Assembly (NCBI GenBank): GCA_024239015.1
Contig: JANBVM010000002.1
Span: 8,204-53,762, forward strand
Direction of reading: 5' to 3'
Length of the DNA: 45,559 nt
Origin: Patescibacteria group bacterium
GTDB lineage: Bacteria > Patescibacteriota > Minisyncoccia > Minisyncoccales > JANBVM01
Shown: positions 27,544-37,297 of the stretch, one piece after another
How positions within the stretch are numbered: position 1 is the first letter of the stretch
Layout: each line of letters starts with the position of its first letter
Notes under the pieces: generated by a model
What the model was told of the DNA's origin: nothing
Seen by the model: the letters and a program-made list of their open reading frames with translations, nothing else
The model's database searches: none
Program-made: the position numbers and the translations under genes

Positions 27544-28796
27544 ACAATTATACCCTTTGATTGTAGTGCTTTTGAAATATTTTGACTAAACTTCTTTAAA
27601 TTAATAATTTCAGGGAATTGTAAGAACGATTTTCTTCCCTTTAAGCCACCACCCTCCAATTTTGCATCAATAATTTCGTCTTTTTTCCATTCTTGAACAT
27701 AATTCCATAATTGTGAATAACTTCTGGGTGAAATCCCTGATGTTCGACAGATATTATTATACTCATTTACGACTTCATGCAGAGAAATTTCCGATTTGTC
27801 TACTTGATTCTTTAATTTGTCTACTATAGCAAATAAAAAGAGTAATTTGTGTTCTGTCATATGTTTAATCATTTCTCGTATTGAATAGGGAACTAATTCT
27901 TGGTAGGCTCGATGAACACATTTAAGAGTTACAATATTCAAGTTATTTTTTTCAGCTATTTTTGAAGAACTCCATAATAAATTCAATCCACATCTTATAT
28001 CACCGCTTTTAACCACAATACTCGCAATATAGTTTATAATCTCATCGCTAACGGTGTTCTGATTGAAACTAATAGAGACTCTATGCTTTAAAATGTCAAA
28101 AACTTGTTCTTGTGTATACGGCTTAAATATAATTGCATTTTGTTGAAAGTAATGCCTTATATCTCTAAAAAATTTACTTAAAAAAGAGATATTTCGTTCA
28201 AATTTTACATTGTAAGAAAGAATCCCAATAATGTTTAATCTTTTATGCACATTATTAGTATCATCATTAATCCGAACCAGTGAATAAAGTAATCCCGCTT
28301 CACCATCTAACAAGGAGTCAAATTCATCTAAGACCAACAGTAGATAAATATCCTCTTTTTCGAGAAATTCAGTAAGAAAATCCATTAAATCTTGTGGCGA
28401 ATAACCTCTTTTTGGAATACGAGGGCTAAGAGTTTGGTTGATTTTCACTAAAACTTTGTATTCGGTTCTCTCCTTTCGGCAGTTAATATGAACATACTTT
28501 AAGTTAATACCCCTTTTTAAAGCTGTTTTCTCTAGACTACGACTAAAGAATTTGGCTGTTGCTGTTTTCCCTACACCTCGGTCTCCCAATAATATTTGGT
28601 TTACCGCTCTTACACCTGTATTGGTAATGAGTGAGGAGTAATAAGTCATTAATTCTTCTATTTCATTATCCCGATGTAATATTCTTGTAGGAAAATCAAC
28701 ACTAAGAAATTTCTCTTCTTTAAGTAAAGGTTTTCTTTTTAGAACATTATGAAAAAGTTCTTCAAACACACACCCCTTATAGATATCCTTTCCCAA
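27540..28796 (-). CDS. orc1/cdc6: Orc1/Cdc6 replication initiator (AAA+ plus C-terminal wHTH), TTG start
   Basis: Walker A is LLGDRGVGKTATAKFF. Walker B is LLLVLDEFDSL. The sensor region is NIIGILS. Length, 418 aa, is typical. GAGGAG lies 7 nt upstream of the TTG. Confidence 0.9.
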   Translation of the reverse strand: MGKDIYKGCVFEELFHNVLKRKPLLKEEKFLSVDFPTRILHRDNEIEELMTYYSSLITNTGVRAVNQILLGDRGVGKTATAKFFSRSLEKTALKRGINLKYVHINCRKERTEYKVLVKINQTLSPRIPKRGYSPQDLMDFLTEFLEKEDIYLLLVLDEFDSLLDGEAGLLYSLVRINDDTNNVHKRLNIIGILSYNVKFERNISFLSKFFRDIRHYFQQNAIIFKPYTQEQVFDILKHRVSISFNQNTVSDEIINYIASIVVKSGDIRCGLNLLWSSSKIAEKNNLNIVTLKCVHRAYQELVPYSIREMIKHMTEHKLLFLFAIVDKLKNQVDKSEISLHEVVNEYNNICRTSGISPRSYSQLWNYVQEWKKDEIIDAKLEGGGLKGRKSFLQFPEIINLKKFSQNISKALQSKGIIV

Positions 28797-29078
28797 ATAA
28801 TTCTCCTCTGAAAATCAATAATTTAAAATTAAAAAATAATTTTACTTAACGATAATGTATATGAAGGGGCTAAAAACCCCCCCCATATTACCTTTGCTTG
28901 ACTCAGATGAACTATCTTGTTTCTCATTCTCACCAAAAACCAAAAACCGAGTACATTTATACATTTCAAAATAGCTACCCAAATCAACTTTTACAAGATC
29001 ATATAGTTAAGAAAACTTAATGAAAAATTTTATACAATAATATAGATATAAGAAAAAGTATATAAATATTTTGAAATC

Positions 29079-29127
29079 TTTTATCGTTTTTTATCGGGTA
29101 TTATCTAAATAATATGTATTTTTATCG
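29079..29127. promoter_or_regulatory. TTTTATCG iterons in the orc1-adjacent intergenic region (candidate replication origin elements)
   Basis: ttttatcg occurs at 29079-29086, 29089-29096 and 29120-29127, with a variant ttatct at 29101-29106. The surrounding 28797-29223 spacer is AT-rich and also holds ggggctaaaaacccccccc and ccaaaaaccaaaaacc. Confidence 0.35.
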
Positions 29128-29223
29128 TGAAAAACAGTGTTTTGGGATTAAAATTCATGAATAACTTATTAATAGGATATGGTATTTAATATATTAGTAA
29201 TGAAATATTGAGGAATCATATAG

Positions 29224-29532
29224 ATGAAGGATACAGTAACTCTAAAAACAACGGCAAAGGGAAAGTCGCTTAGATTTGTGATTTCTCCTGCTGTACGAGA
29301 GAGCCTAAATATTGAATTTGGAGAACCCTTAACTTTAAGTATCTACGGCATTTTTAAAGAAAGTAGTGAAATGGTTCCCGTTGACCCGCCAATTCCTATG
29401 CCGAGTAAAGTAAATAGGGCCGGAGGGAGTACTTCTGCTGGTATAACTGTGAGAAAAGATATCACGAAACTACTTAATTTAAAAGCAGGATATATGTTAG
29501 TTCTAAATATCGAAAAAATAGAAAAAGTTTAA
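29224..29532 (+). CDS. Tandem AbrB/SpoVT-type domain protein (paralog of 2115-2405)
   Basis: Two AbrB-like units are present: KGKSLRFVISPAVRESLNIEFGEPLTLSI and GGSTSAGITVRKDITKLLNLKAGYMLVLNIEKI. Confidence 0.6.
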   Translation: MKDTVTLKTTAKGKSLRFVISPAVRESLNIEFGEPLTLSIYGIFKESSEMVPVDPPIPMPSKVNRAGGSTSAGITVRKDITKLLNLKAGYMLVLNIEKIEKV

Positions 29533-30041
29533 TATTTTAAATTTCTCGTAAGTATTTCATTTATTTTATTATCTATTTTTTGTACTTTTAGAAATGTTTG
29601 ATATTTAATGGGCACTTTGTATTTTAACTTCCCATAATCCCTAATTGTTTTAGCGTATAATGAAGCCCTCTCTCTTTTACAAACTGAAATATTTAAAAAA
29701 TCAATAATCTCACCTTCATCCAGTAATAAGATTTCCAGAAAGATTTCTTTCAGCTTTTTACTATCTTTTTTAGAGAGTTCTTTTCCAGGAAATAATTTCC
29801 TTAAAGATTCATAAAGAACTTTGGCATCATTTTGTAAATTAGTTATTTCTCTTCCTGCAATTCCAAAAACTTCCTCAAGTTCAAGTAAAGCATAATCTCT
29901 TGCTACTTGTTCATCAAATACAGCTTTTTTAAAGTTAACCCATCCTTCATTTCTGGAAATTATACCTACTACTTTATTATAAAAAGCGTCTTTTTTAACG
30001 TTGAACTGTTTTAAATCAATTTCGTATAACTCATCATTCAT
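29529..30041 (-). CDS. Hypothetical protein
   Basis: 170-aa ORF, third gene of a stop/start-overlapping minus-strand trio. Confidence 0.5.
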   Translation of the reverse strand: MNDELYEIDLKQFNVKKDAFYNKVVGIISRNEGWVNFKKAVFDEQVARDYALLELEEVFGIAGREITNLQNDAKVLYESLRKLFPGKELSKKDSKKLKEIFLEILLLDEGEIIDFLNISVCKRERASLYAKTIRDYGKLKYKVPIKYQTFLKVQKIDNKINEILTRNLKY

Positions 30042-30246
30042 TTTTTTTTACCCCTTGTTTTTGTTTATCTCGTATTTTGTCAAAATCTAAAGCTTTCTTT
30101 TTTAGTTCATATAACTCCACTTCTAATTCCGATGCTATGGTTCTTCCGTGTTCCGATAATAGTTTTCCATCATCAGACATTAGACTTTGAAATAATCCTA
30201 TGATCTTATTTATTTTTTCCATAAATAAAGTTTCAAATCTAACCAT
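30034..30246 (-). CDS. Small coiled-coil hypothetical protein
   Basis: 70-aa ORF that overlaps both neighbours by 8 nt. Confidence 0.45.
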   Translation of the reverse strand: MVRFETLFMEKINKIIGLFQSLMSDDGKLLSEHGRTIASELEVELYELKKKALDFDKIRDKQKQGVKKNE

Positions 30247-30514
30247 TTATATCATTACTTTGTTCTTTATACTTCCAATAAACTAGTGGCCTCCCTCGAT
30301 TCCCGTCATTTCTGCTAAATTTCTCTACATATTTTTTCTTTTGAAGTTTTATGAGATTATCGTAGACCGTTGTTCGGGGAGCTCTTAAGTTTTTAACCAA
30401 CTGTCTTCGGGTTTGTGCTCCGTATTTTTTCAAAAACTTAAGAATATTATATTGAACAGGAGACATAAAATTAGATTCCCTTATAACAAATTCATGCAAT
30501 TCTTTAGTTGACAT
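30239..30514 (-). CDS. TrmB/MarR-like winged-helix regulator
   Basis: SPVQYNILKFLKKYGAQTRRQLVKNLRAPRTTVYDNLIKLQKKKYVEKF, followed by the wing GRPLVYWKY. Confidence 0.7.
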   Translation of the reverse strand: MSTKELHEFVIRESNFMSPVQYNILKFLKKYGAQTRRQLVKNLRAPRTTVYDNLIKLQKKKYVEKFSRNDGNRGRPLVYWKYKEQSNDING

Positions 30515-30799
30515 ATATTTATCATCTAAATCATATTTTAAAAACTACGATAAAAATATGCTTTTTGACATACGGAGAGGTGGTAAAAAGAGGTATGTTT
30601 TTATGTTTAATTTTAAGATTAATTTTATAAACTTAGTTATTAAAGAGTAGAGATTATCAAATTAAGTGGGTCTTGTGATTTTTAATAAAAAGGAGGATGA
30701 TTTGATTAGTTACATATCATCTTAAAAAGAGCGTATTTTTTAATGTCGGATGTAGAAACATAATAAAATAGTATTTTAAAAACTAAGAGTGAGTTTTTT

Positions 30800-32314
30800 T
30801 TGAAAGAACTTGAAGAATATGTGAAATTCTGTAATAGGTTTGATAAGTATAGACTACCTAAAGTAAGTTTTAAGGATATAAATGAGACTTATAGAATCCT
30901 ATATAGAGAACAAGGTGTCGGGAAATCGGCAATTGATAAAGCCACTTTTGTTATATTTGTAGTTTCATTGTTAGGTTCTTTATTAATCGCATTTCTTTTG
31001 TTAGGAAATGATATTTTCCTTATTCTTACCATTTCATTTTTGACTTCAGTTATGGTGGCCTATAGTTTTAATCTTTATCTTTACAAAAAGATTAATAGAG
31101 AAGAAGCATCGATAAACGCATCAATATATTTTATCAAAATTAACTTCTCTCTTTTACAAAAGGTTCTAACTCTAAAATCGGATTTATGTATAAGTTTCGT
31201 TAAGTTAATGAGTAATTTAGATTTGGTATTTTCGGGATTGTTTAGTAATATTCTGAGGAAGGTTCAGCAAGGAAAAAGCCCCGAAAAAGAGCTATTAAAG
31301 ATACTAACCCCTTCTTCTGATTTCAATATGTATTTACAAAAATTAATTGTGAGTAATTTCAATATGTCCAAAACTCAAGAATCAGTGAGGGATTATGTGT
31401 TAGAGAAACAATTTAAAACATATTTGAAAAGTTTAGAAGGGAAATTGGCCATTGTTTTCTTTGTAGGGTTATTTCTTCCACTTGGAGTGATATTCTTCTT
31501 TTTATTTTTACAAGTGAGTTTTCTTGCTCTGTTACTAATTATACCAATTTTTCTATTTTTACTTAGATATTTGTGCCGGAGATTCGTTAAAATAAATACT
31601 TTCTTTATTGGAATATTAGCGGGAACAAAAACAGAGAAGAGAGTATTCGACCAGTTCTTAACATTCTTAGAAGGTTTTGCGATAAAACTAAACTATAACG
31701 TTTCTCCCGAAAAAGCGTTTTTAACTCTTTATAGTGAAAAAAAAGAACAGCTTAAGTTATTAGATTATGCTATTGGTAATCAAGCCTCAAAATTGGCGAA
31801 ACTTACTTGCTCTTTTGATGATATGATTGAATCATTAAAAATACACCTGAAGAATTTACGATACATTTTAATTTTAGATACAATCAAAATAATGATTGAT
31901 GAAAGTGCTCTCTTATCTTCCGAAAAGATATTTGAAATTTTAAATCTCATAGATAGGCATCGAAAACTTGAAGATAAATTTGAGGCAGAAATAAAATCTC
32001 AGAGATTCAAGGTGTTTGCGTTTATTTTTCTTATGCCATTAATAATGGGAGGGATTTGTGGAATGATGCCCTTCTTTTCGTTTTTCTCTCTTGGAGATTT
32101 TATGAATGTAACTATGCCCGAATATCTCTCTGCAACAAACATCCTTAATGCCATTATAATGTTCATAACATTTGTATCGTGTAATTCTATTACATGTTAT
32201 TATTTCTTAAAAGTAATTAAGCTTAAATCATATCATATAATCCTTTTATTAAGCGATATAGCATTTTCCTTGGCATTCTTTATATCTTTTATGATGGTTT
32301 TAGGGATTGGATAA
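30800..32314 (+). CDS. Polytopic membrane protein with duplicated T2SSF-like architecture (FlaJ/TadB-TadC/PilC-type pilus platform candidate)
   Basis: The layout is TM pair, about 110-aa cytoplasmic helical domain (FSNILRKVQQGKSPEKELLKILTPSSDFNMYLQKLIVS), TM pair, a second helical domain (FLEGFAIKLNYNVSPEKAFLTLYSE...), then TM helices. This mirrors the internal duplication of platform proteins. TTG start. Confidence 0.5.
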   Translation: MKELEEYVKFCNRFDKYRLPKVSFKDINETYRILYREQGVGKSAIDKATFVIFVVSLLGSLLIAFLLLGNDIFLILTISFLTSVMVAYSFNLYLYKKINREEASINASIYFIKINFSLLQKVLTLKSDLCISFVKLMSNLDLVFSGLFSNILRKVQQGKSPEKELLKILTPSSDFNMYLQKLIVSNFNMSKTQESVRDYVLEKQFKTYLKSLEGKLAIVFFVGLFLPLGVIFFFLFLQVSFLALLLIIPIFLFLLRYLCRRFVKINTFFIGILAGTKTEKRVFDQFLTFLEGFAIKLNYNVSPEKAFLTLYSEKKEQLKLLDYAIGNQASKLAKLTCSFDDMIESLKIHLKNLRYILILDTIKIMIDESALLSSEKIFEILNLIDRHRKLEDKFEAEIKSQRFKVFAFIFLMPLIMGGICGMMPFFSFFSLGDFMNVTMPEYLSATNILNAIIMFITFVSCNSITCYYFLKVIKLKSYHIILLLSDIAFSLAFFISFMMVLGIG

Positions 32315-32436
32315 ATACACGTTGATTCTTTTTCATTTCTCTTCATTTCATTCTAAAAAGGTTTTAAATCTGTTTAGTTTAAATTAATTGCTGTTAACTG
32401 ATGTTAATGATTAATACGTTAATTGGTGATTTTTAA

Positions 32437-32604
32437 ATGGGTAGTCTTATTGAAAAAGGCTTGTTGATTGCTTTTGCGATATTTATCTTCTTTCTTGTTG
32501 TAAAAATTGTAACAAACATAATCGATATGGTTACAGGTGAAGTGTTCAATCTTAGTCAGTTTTTTCTGGGGACTAGCAGTTTAATCTTTCCAAGTTTATT
32601 TTAG
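32437..32604 (+). CDS. Mini membrane protein with class-III (prepilin-like) signal candidate (55 aa, below ORF-track cutoff)
   Basis: My translation is MGSLIEKGLLIAFAIFIFFLVVKIVTNIIDMVTGEVFNLSQFFLGTSSLIFPSLF*. It has a short polar leader ending K-G followed directly by a hydrophobic helix. GGTGA SD-like sequence lies upstream. Confidence 0.4.
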   Translation: MGSLIEKGLLIAFAIFIFFLVVKIVTNIIDMVTGEVFNLSQFFLGTSSLIFPSLF

Positions 32605-32639
32605 CGCAGAATAACTTATTTCATGGGGTGATTTCCTAA

Positions 32640-33263
32640 ATGCCGATATTGAGTGTACTTCCAGATATTTCCGTATGGTTTGAAGATATCCTTGTATTTT
32701 TCAACCAGTTATTAGGTTCTGTTCTTTCTCTTGGTAATTATTTGTTATTTGCTTGGTTTCTCTACCTTTTCTATTCACTATATAATGGTGCGAAACACAA
32801 AGAACAGGATGAGAGATATTTATCACACAGATTAAAGCAATCACGAAAACATGGGAGGGTAGGAATGATAGCTTGTGGGGTTATTGCCGTTCTCTTTTTA
32901 ACGAGAGTTTTGATAATAGTCCTTGTATCCTTGAGCTCTTTATTCCCTGAACCATTCATATATGATTTTATTTTCAGAATGGATGTGTATCTTCAAATTG
33001 TCAATCATGAAATAGTATCTGTATTGCTTGTTGAAAAATTCTTCGTCTTATTTCTCGGTTTTATTTCCTTGATATGTTTCTTTCTATTTACATATGGAAT
33101 ATTTTTACTCATATATAATGAAAAGATTTTGCATAAGAGATGGAAGCCATTTAAACTATTAATCATTGGATTAATCGGGCTTATTGTTATTGGGTTCACA
33201 CTTCCATTTTGTCTTATGGATGGAATAAGTTTTGATATCTATACTCTTGTGGGTTGGCATTAA
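32640..33263 (+). CDS. Polytopic membrane protein, unknown function
   Basis: 207 aa with about 5-6 hydrophobic helices. GGGGTGA SD-like sequence lies upstream. It is co-directional with the platform and pilin candidates. Confidence 0.6.
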   Translation: MPILSVLPDISVWFEDILVFFNQLLGSVLSLGNYLLFAWFLYLFYSLYNGAKHKEQDERYLSHRLKQSRKHGRVGMIACGVIAVLFLTRVLIIVLVSLSSLFPEPFIYDFIFRMDVYLQIVNHEIVSVLLVEKFFVLFLGFISLICFFLFTYGIFLLIYNEKILHKRWKPFKLLIIGLIGLIVIGFTLPFCLMDGISFDIYTLVGWH

Positions 33264-33381
33264 TTATATTTTCCCAAGCTTTTTCATTTCAAAATACCAA
33301 GGGAGGCATTTTGGTGAGCGAAGTTTACATTTTCTTAGCTTTTTTTCTGTTTTGAGCTTTTCAGAGTGAATTTTTTGTTTT

Positions 33382-33651
33382 CTAAACCATCTCACAATCC
33401 TCGCACTCATCGCAAACATCACAATCTTTAAAAATCTCAATTTTGGCAATAGCGTTATACACGGATCTGCAACTTTGGCATATATACATAATTTCGAGGG
33501 GGTAATCACCAGAGGTTGTTTCTGGAACGGTATATGTCTTACATTTAGGGCAGACAACAATCTTAGATTCGATGTTTATATATTCTGCCTTCTTATATTC
33601 TTTTCCCAATTTAATCCTCTCTTTCCTTTTGCTTTTCATATATTTCTCCAA
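33382..33651 (-). CDS. Zinc-ribbon protein
   Basis: The Cys pairs are CPKC...CQSC, plus a C-terminal CDVCDECEDC cluster. Confidence 0.5.
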   Translation of the reverse strand: MEKYMKSKRKERIKLGKEYKKAEYINIESKIVVCPKCKTYTVPETTSGDYPLEIMYICQSCRSVYNAIAKIEIFKDCDVCDECEDCEMV

Positions 33652-34075
33652 TTAAAGCTTCGAACTCCTCTGAACCGCTTTTTTTTCCCGTTTTTTCATT
33701 ACTAAAATCCATGGAATCACTTTTTTCATTTTTCCCAAATGAATGATTGAAACCAAAATCATCTTCTACTTCAGGTTTTTTGTAATAAGCTTTTTTAGAT
33801 TTCTTTTTAATTTCTTTATACTCTGATTGAACGATGTAAATGTAGAATATAGAAATTATTCCAATTGAGATTATGAAAAAATAATCTTGAACCACTTGTT
33901 TAATGGTTAAGAAAATCACTAAGCCAATTATCAAAACAGGGATAACAATTCTTAAAATATCAATGTTATTATCCCTCTTTTTATAATAATAAAATAGAAA
34001 ATCCAATAAGGTAATAACGAATATTAAGATAATGTCAATAAAAGCTAAACCCGAATCGAATATTGAAAATAACAT
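33611..34075 (-). CDS. Membrane protein (3-4 TM) with charged C-terminal tail
   Basis: Hydrophobic helices occupy residues 1 to about 95, followed by a K/E-rich tail. Confidence 0.55.
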   Translation of the reverse strand: MLFSIFDSGLAFIDIILIFVITLLDFLFYYYKKRDNNIDILRIVIPVLIIGLVIFLTIKQVVQDYFFIISIGIISIFYIYIVQSEYKEIKKKSKKAYYKKPEVEDDFGFNHSFGKNEKSDSMDFSNEKTGKKSGSEEFEALIGEIYEKQKERED

Positions 34076-34610
34076 ATCATTTCATCATAAGAAAAATATA
34101 AAAACTCCTTTATTTAGAGAGTTTATCATCATATATTATCACATGATCATACTTGAGGGGTAAATGATAATTATTATTGGCACATGGAAATTGTAACCAA
34201 AGCTATCTCTTTTCCCCGTATTACTACCATTCAACAGAGATTCTTTGAATTATATGATATTAAAAGGAAAAATTGAGACCCATACGCCGTACATATAAAG
34301 GAAAAAAATCCACAATTCCCTAACCCTCAACTTTGTTAAAATAATCTTTTCGTTCACTAAAATTCACCTGTATAAATATTAAAAAAATCCTAACTTAAGG
34401 TATGATAAAATGTCTCTCTGGTTAAATATTGTAAAAAGAAGATTAACCACATTACAAAAAAAAGTGATGTCGATGATTAGAACAGAACGTTTCGGAGTTT
34501 TTATGGATATTGCTCGAAATTATCGGTTATTAGAAATACAAATGGAGATAGAAGCGATTAGGAAAAACAATTCATATTCTTAACAATTTAAACAAGGTGA
34601 ATATAAACAA

Positions 34611-34871
34611 ATGAGTTCAAGCAAGGTAATAGAATCGGTAATAAACCCTCTTATGGCGAGTTATGTACATAAGATTAATGGGTGTTTTACTCTATTGAAA
34701 AGAAAAAGGTTTAAAAAACTAATGGTTGGTAAGAGTAAAGAAATAGTTATCAATAACCAACAGAAGATTCGAATGGTTGAACATATACTTGATAAAATGA
34801 TAGAAAGCTTTGATAATTTGGTTATAGCGGTTGCAGATATGAATAATACTATAGATAAATTCAAATTCTAA
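34611..34871 (+). CDS. Hypothetical protein
   Basis: 86-aa ORF with no recognisable motif. Confidence 0.4.
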   Translation: MSSSKVIESVINPLMASYVHKINGCFTLLKRKRFKKLMVGKSKEIVINNQQKIRMVEHILDKMIESFDNLVIAVADMNNTIDKFKF

Positions 34872-34945
34872 ATCCACCCCATTTTTTTTGATGGTTTAAA
34901 TATTTTAAAAGGAAATACAAAATTGTAGAAAAAAAATAAAATATT

Positions 34946-35221
34946 ATGGATGTGAAAGAATTGTCTAATTTGGAGAGTACAGTAAAACGGTATCAAGAAT
35001 TAGTTAGAAGATTCCCAAATGATAAAGAATATCAAAAAGATTATGAGAGATTGAGTCAAATTGTAGACTTATATAAAAAAAACGATTCTGAAAGTAATCA
35101 AAGCGAAAACAATAAAAATTATTTATATTGTGTTAATTGTGGTGCTAAAATCCATTTAGTTGAGGTTTCTAATTGTACAGATTGTAATTCGAGTAATCTT
35201 TTATTGATGTCATTTCATTAA
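34946..35221 (+). CDS. Small protein with TPR-like helix pair and C-terminal zinc ribbon
   Basis: The helix pair is RYQELVRRFPNDKEYQKDYERL. The zinc ribbon is CVNCGAKIHLVEVSNCTDCNSSN. Confidence 0.5.
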   Translation: MDVKELSNLESTVKRYQELVRRFPNDKEYQKDYERLSQIVDLYKKNDSESNQSENNKNYLYCVNCGAKIHLVEVSNCTDCNSSNLLLMSFH

Positions 35222-35234
35222 ACCTTCTAATTAT

Positions 35235-36755
35235 TTATAAAAAATTGGTATTTTCTATAAAATTCCAAAATTTATTCCAATCATCAATCTTCCCTGTGGA
35301 GGAAAGACTAGCCTTAAGGTTATCAGGCTGTACACCCGTCACCGGGTTCAAGACATGCTTCATTTGTAATACTTTTTTCATTACTTCGGAAGTCTTGAAG
35401 GAAGTTATCCCGCTATACTTGAAAAAATCGTGGAGTTTAGCCCAGTTATAGTAGGGACTGCTTGGTTTCAAACGGGGCTTTATAACGTCCCTGACTTGTG
35501 CAAGCAACCACTTATAATTGGCTGGAATCTCTTCTTTAAATCCCAAACTTTTTCGAGCAATCACGTAACTTGCTAATATGTGATTAGATAAATTACGTGA
35601 ACGTGAATATTTATATTTGCCGATGAGAGAAGTGTATGCCAGATGTACCTTTCTCACAGCAACACCTCTTTTAAGGCATTTTCTTTCTAATAAGTCTAAT
35701 GCGGTAGTTTTAAAATTACTCAATTTTCTGTTTCGTTTTTTCTCATAAGAAAATTCTTGGTTAAATGAGAGGTCTTCAATCACGAGTCCTTTCTTTTTAT
35801 TAATGCAGTAATTAACTACTTTATCTATTTTATGACTAATATAATCAGCTCGTTTATTTTTCCGATAGGAATGTAAGTTTCTAAACTTAACTTCATGATA
35901 ACTCTTGAAATTACCCTCTTTATCTGCAGTACAGAGAGAAACAAAATTATAGTTCATGTCAAGCCCAACCACTCCATTTTCAAACCCAAAAATGATTTCT
36001 TTTTCTGGAATTTCATAAGAGATATGGGCAAAATACCGCAATTATCCTTTAATAAATCGTCTTATTACTTCTACGGTGTATAACTCTAACTCAAGTATCT
36101 CCTCATACCATCGCTTTTGTTTATAATTAACCGTAAATGGAATAATCAGCCACTTTTTCCCCTTTTCTTTTGAAAACGTACGGACTTTTAGAGTCATACC
36201 GGGTAATACTTTTAAATTTAAATTAATACCTTGTTTCTTACCCACGCAATAAACCGAGGAGTCTCTTCTAATTTTAAATTCATCCTTGTTAATTTTGCCT
36301 AATATCCTCTCTCGAAATAACCTCTTCGTGCCAAACACAATTTGTTTAAATTGTAGAGTAAGAAATTTATTCTGAATGGATGATAATCGGGAATAAAGCC
36401 CCTTTAATCGCCTGTTTCTCTTATCTTTTTGTTTTATCTGTTCAATTTTCTTAGTAATTGTAGCAATTTGACGCTTCATATATTTCCTACACTTTTTATA
36501 CCACGTATTTTGTTGGGCTAACTTAGTCTCACAATCTATTAGGATACTATTTACATAAGGATTATTATGGCAAAGCCCCATTAACTGCGGTTGTATTGTT
36601 TTCCATTTTTCTTTTTGTGTATAATTTGTGTTTTTTAATCCAAAAAAGAGTTTATATCCTATACGCTTTACTCTGTTATAAATTGTAAAGATTTCATGCA
36701 ATCTCCTTTCCTGTGAATGTGTAAGATATAATCGGAATTTAATTGTCTGAATCAA
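35235..36755 (-). pseudogene. TnpB-like (IS200/IS605 OrfB-type) gene interrupted by one in-frame TAA; lacks Zn-ribbon and an obvious RuvC-III Asp
   Basis: The two listed ORFs (36042-36755 and 35235-36041) are contiguous in the same frame: ...RRFIKG-TAA(36042-36044)-(TTG)LRYFAHISYE... The N-terminus MIQTIKFRLYLTHSQERRL is the typical OrfB opening. RuvC-I is VVGLDMNYNF and RuvC-II is LVIEDLSF. The following AYTSLIGKYKYSRSRNLSNHILASYVIARK has no CxxC pairs. Confidence 0.75.
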
Positions 36756-36859
36756 TGCTCTAATATTTTATTTAATTATTTCTTAGACTTAATTTCTACT
36801 CTAAATATATAAACAAAAATTTAAATCCAAAGAGGGATAAGACTTTTAGTTTTTTATAG

Positions 36860-36883
36860 AATTTTATGGCGCTTTATAAAATT
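36860..36883. other. 8-bp stem hairpin upstream of the TnpB-like gene (candidate IS left-end structure)
   Basis: aattttat-ggcgcttt-ataaaatt, about 105 bp upstream of the 36755 start. Confidence 0.25.
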
Positions 36884-36962
36884 TCAACCAACTCTTGAAA
36901 CATTATTGGCAATCTTATGAAAAAACTCTAGGACTTTTTAAATTTAAAGTTTAAATAATAGG

Positions 36963-37172
36963 GTGATGAGTCTAAGTGATTTAAATTTAGAAAGTAGAGT
37001 AAGATACTGTTTTACTTGTCGTGAGCATCATATAGTAAATGTTAACGATTATAAAACCATTCAATCATTAAACTTTTTTGAGAAAGAACATCGAGGTCAT
37101 AGAACTCAAGTAATAGATTATAAAGAATTAAAAATAATATTAGCTACCCAGCAGAGTTCAAAAAAGTGGTAA
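36963..37172 (+). CDS. Small putative metal-binding protein
   Basis: CFTCREHH...EKEHRGH gives a CxxC plus His cluster. GTG/ATG start. Confidence 0.4.
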   Translation: MMSLSDLNLESRVRYCFTCREHHIVNVNDYKTIQSLNFFEKEHRGHRTQVIDYKELKIILATQQSSKKW

Positions 37173-37297
37173 AAATCTCTTATTTGAGCAAGTGAAATAT
37201 CGAGACAACTCAAGAATAACTGAGAGAGAGAAAATAACTCTTTAATCCTTGTCCACATCTCGCTTAATTAGAAATAACTCTTCAAAATTCACACTCA

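Noticed and set aside
32640-33263. Considered a prepilin peptidase (PibD/FlaK/EppA) because it follows the pilin-like ORF.
   Set aside because: I could not find the two-aspartate signature, including a GxGD-type motif.
33264-33560. 98-aa ORF overlapping the Zn-ribbon gene in another frame.
   Set aside because: The competing frame (33382-33651) has paired CxxC motifs and sensible spacing to its neighbour, while this one has no motif.
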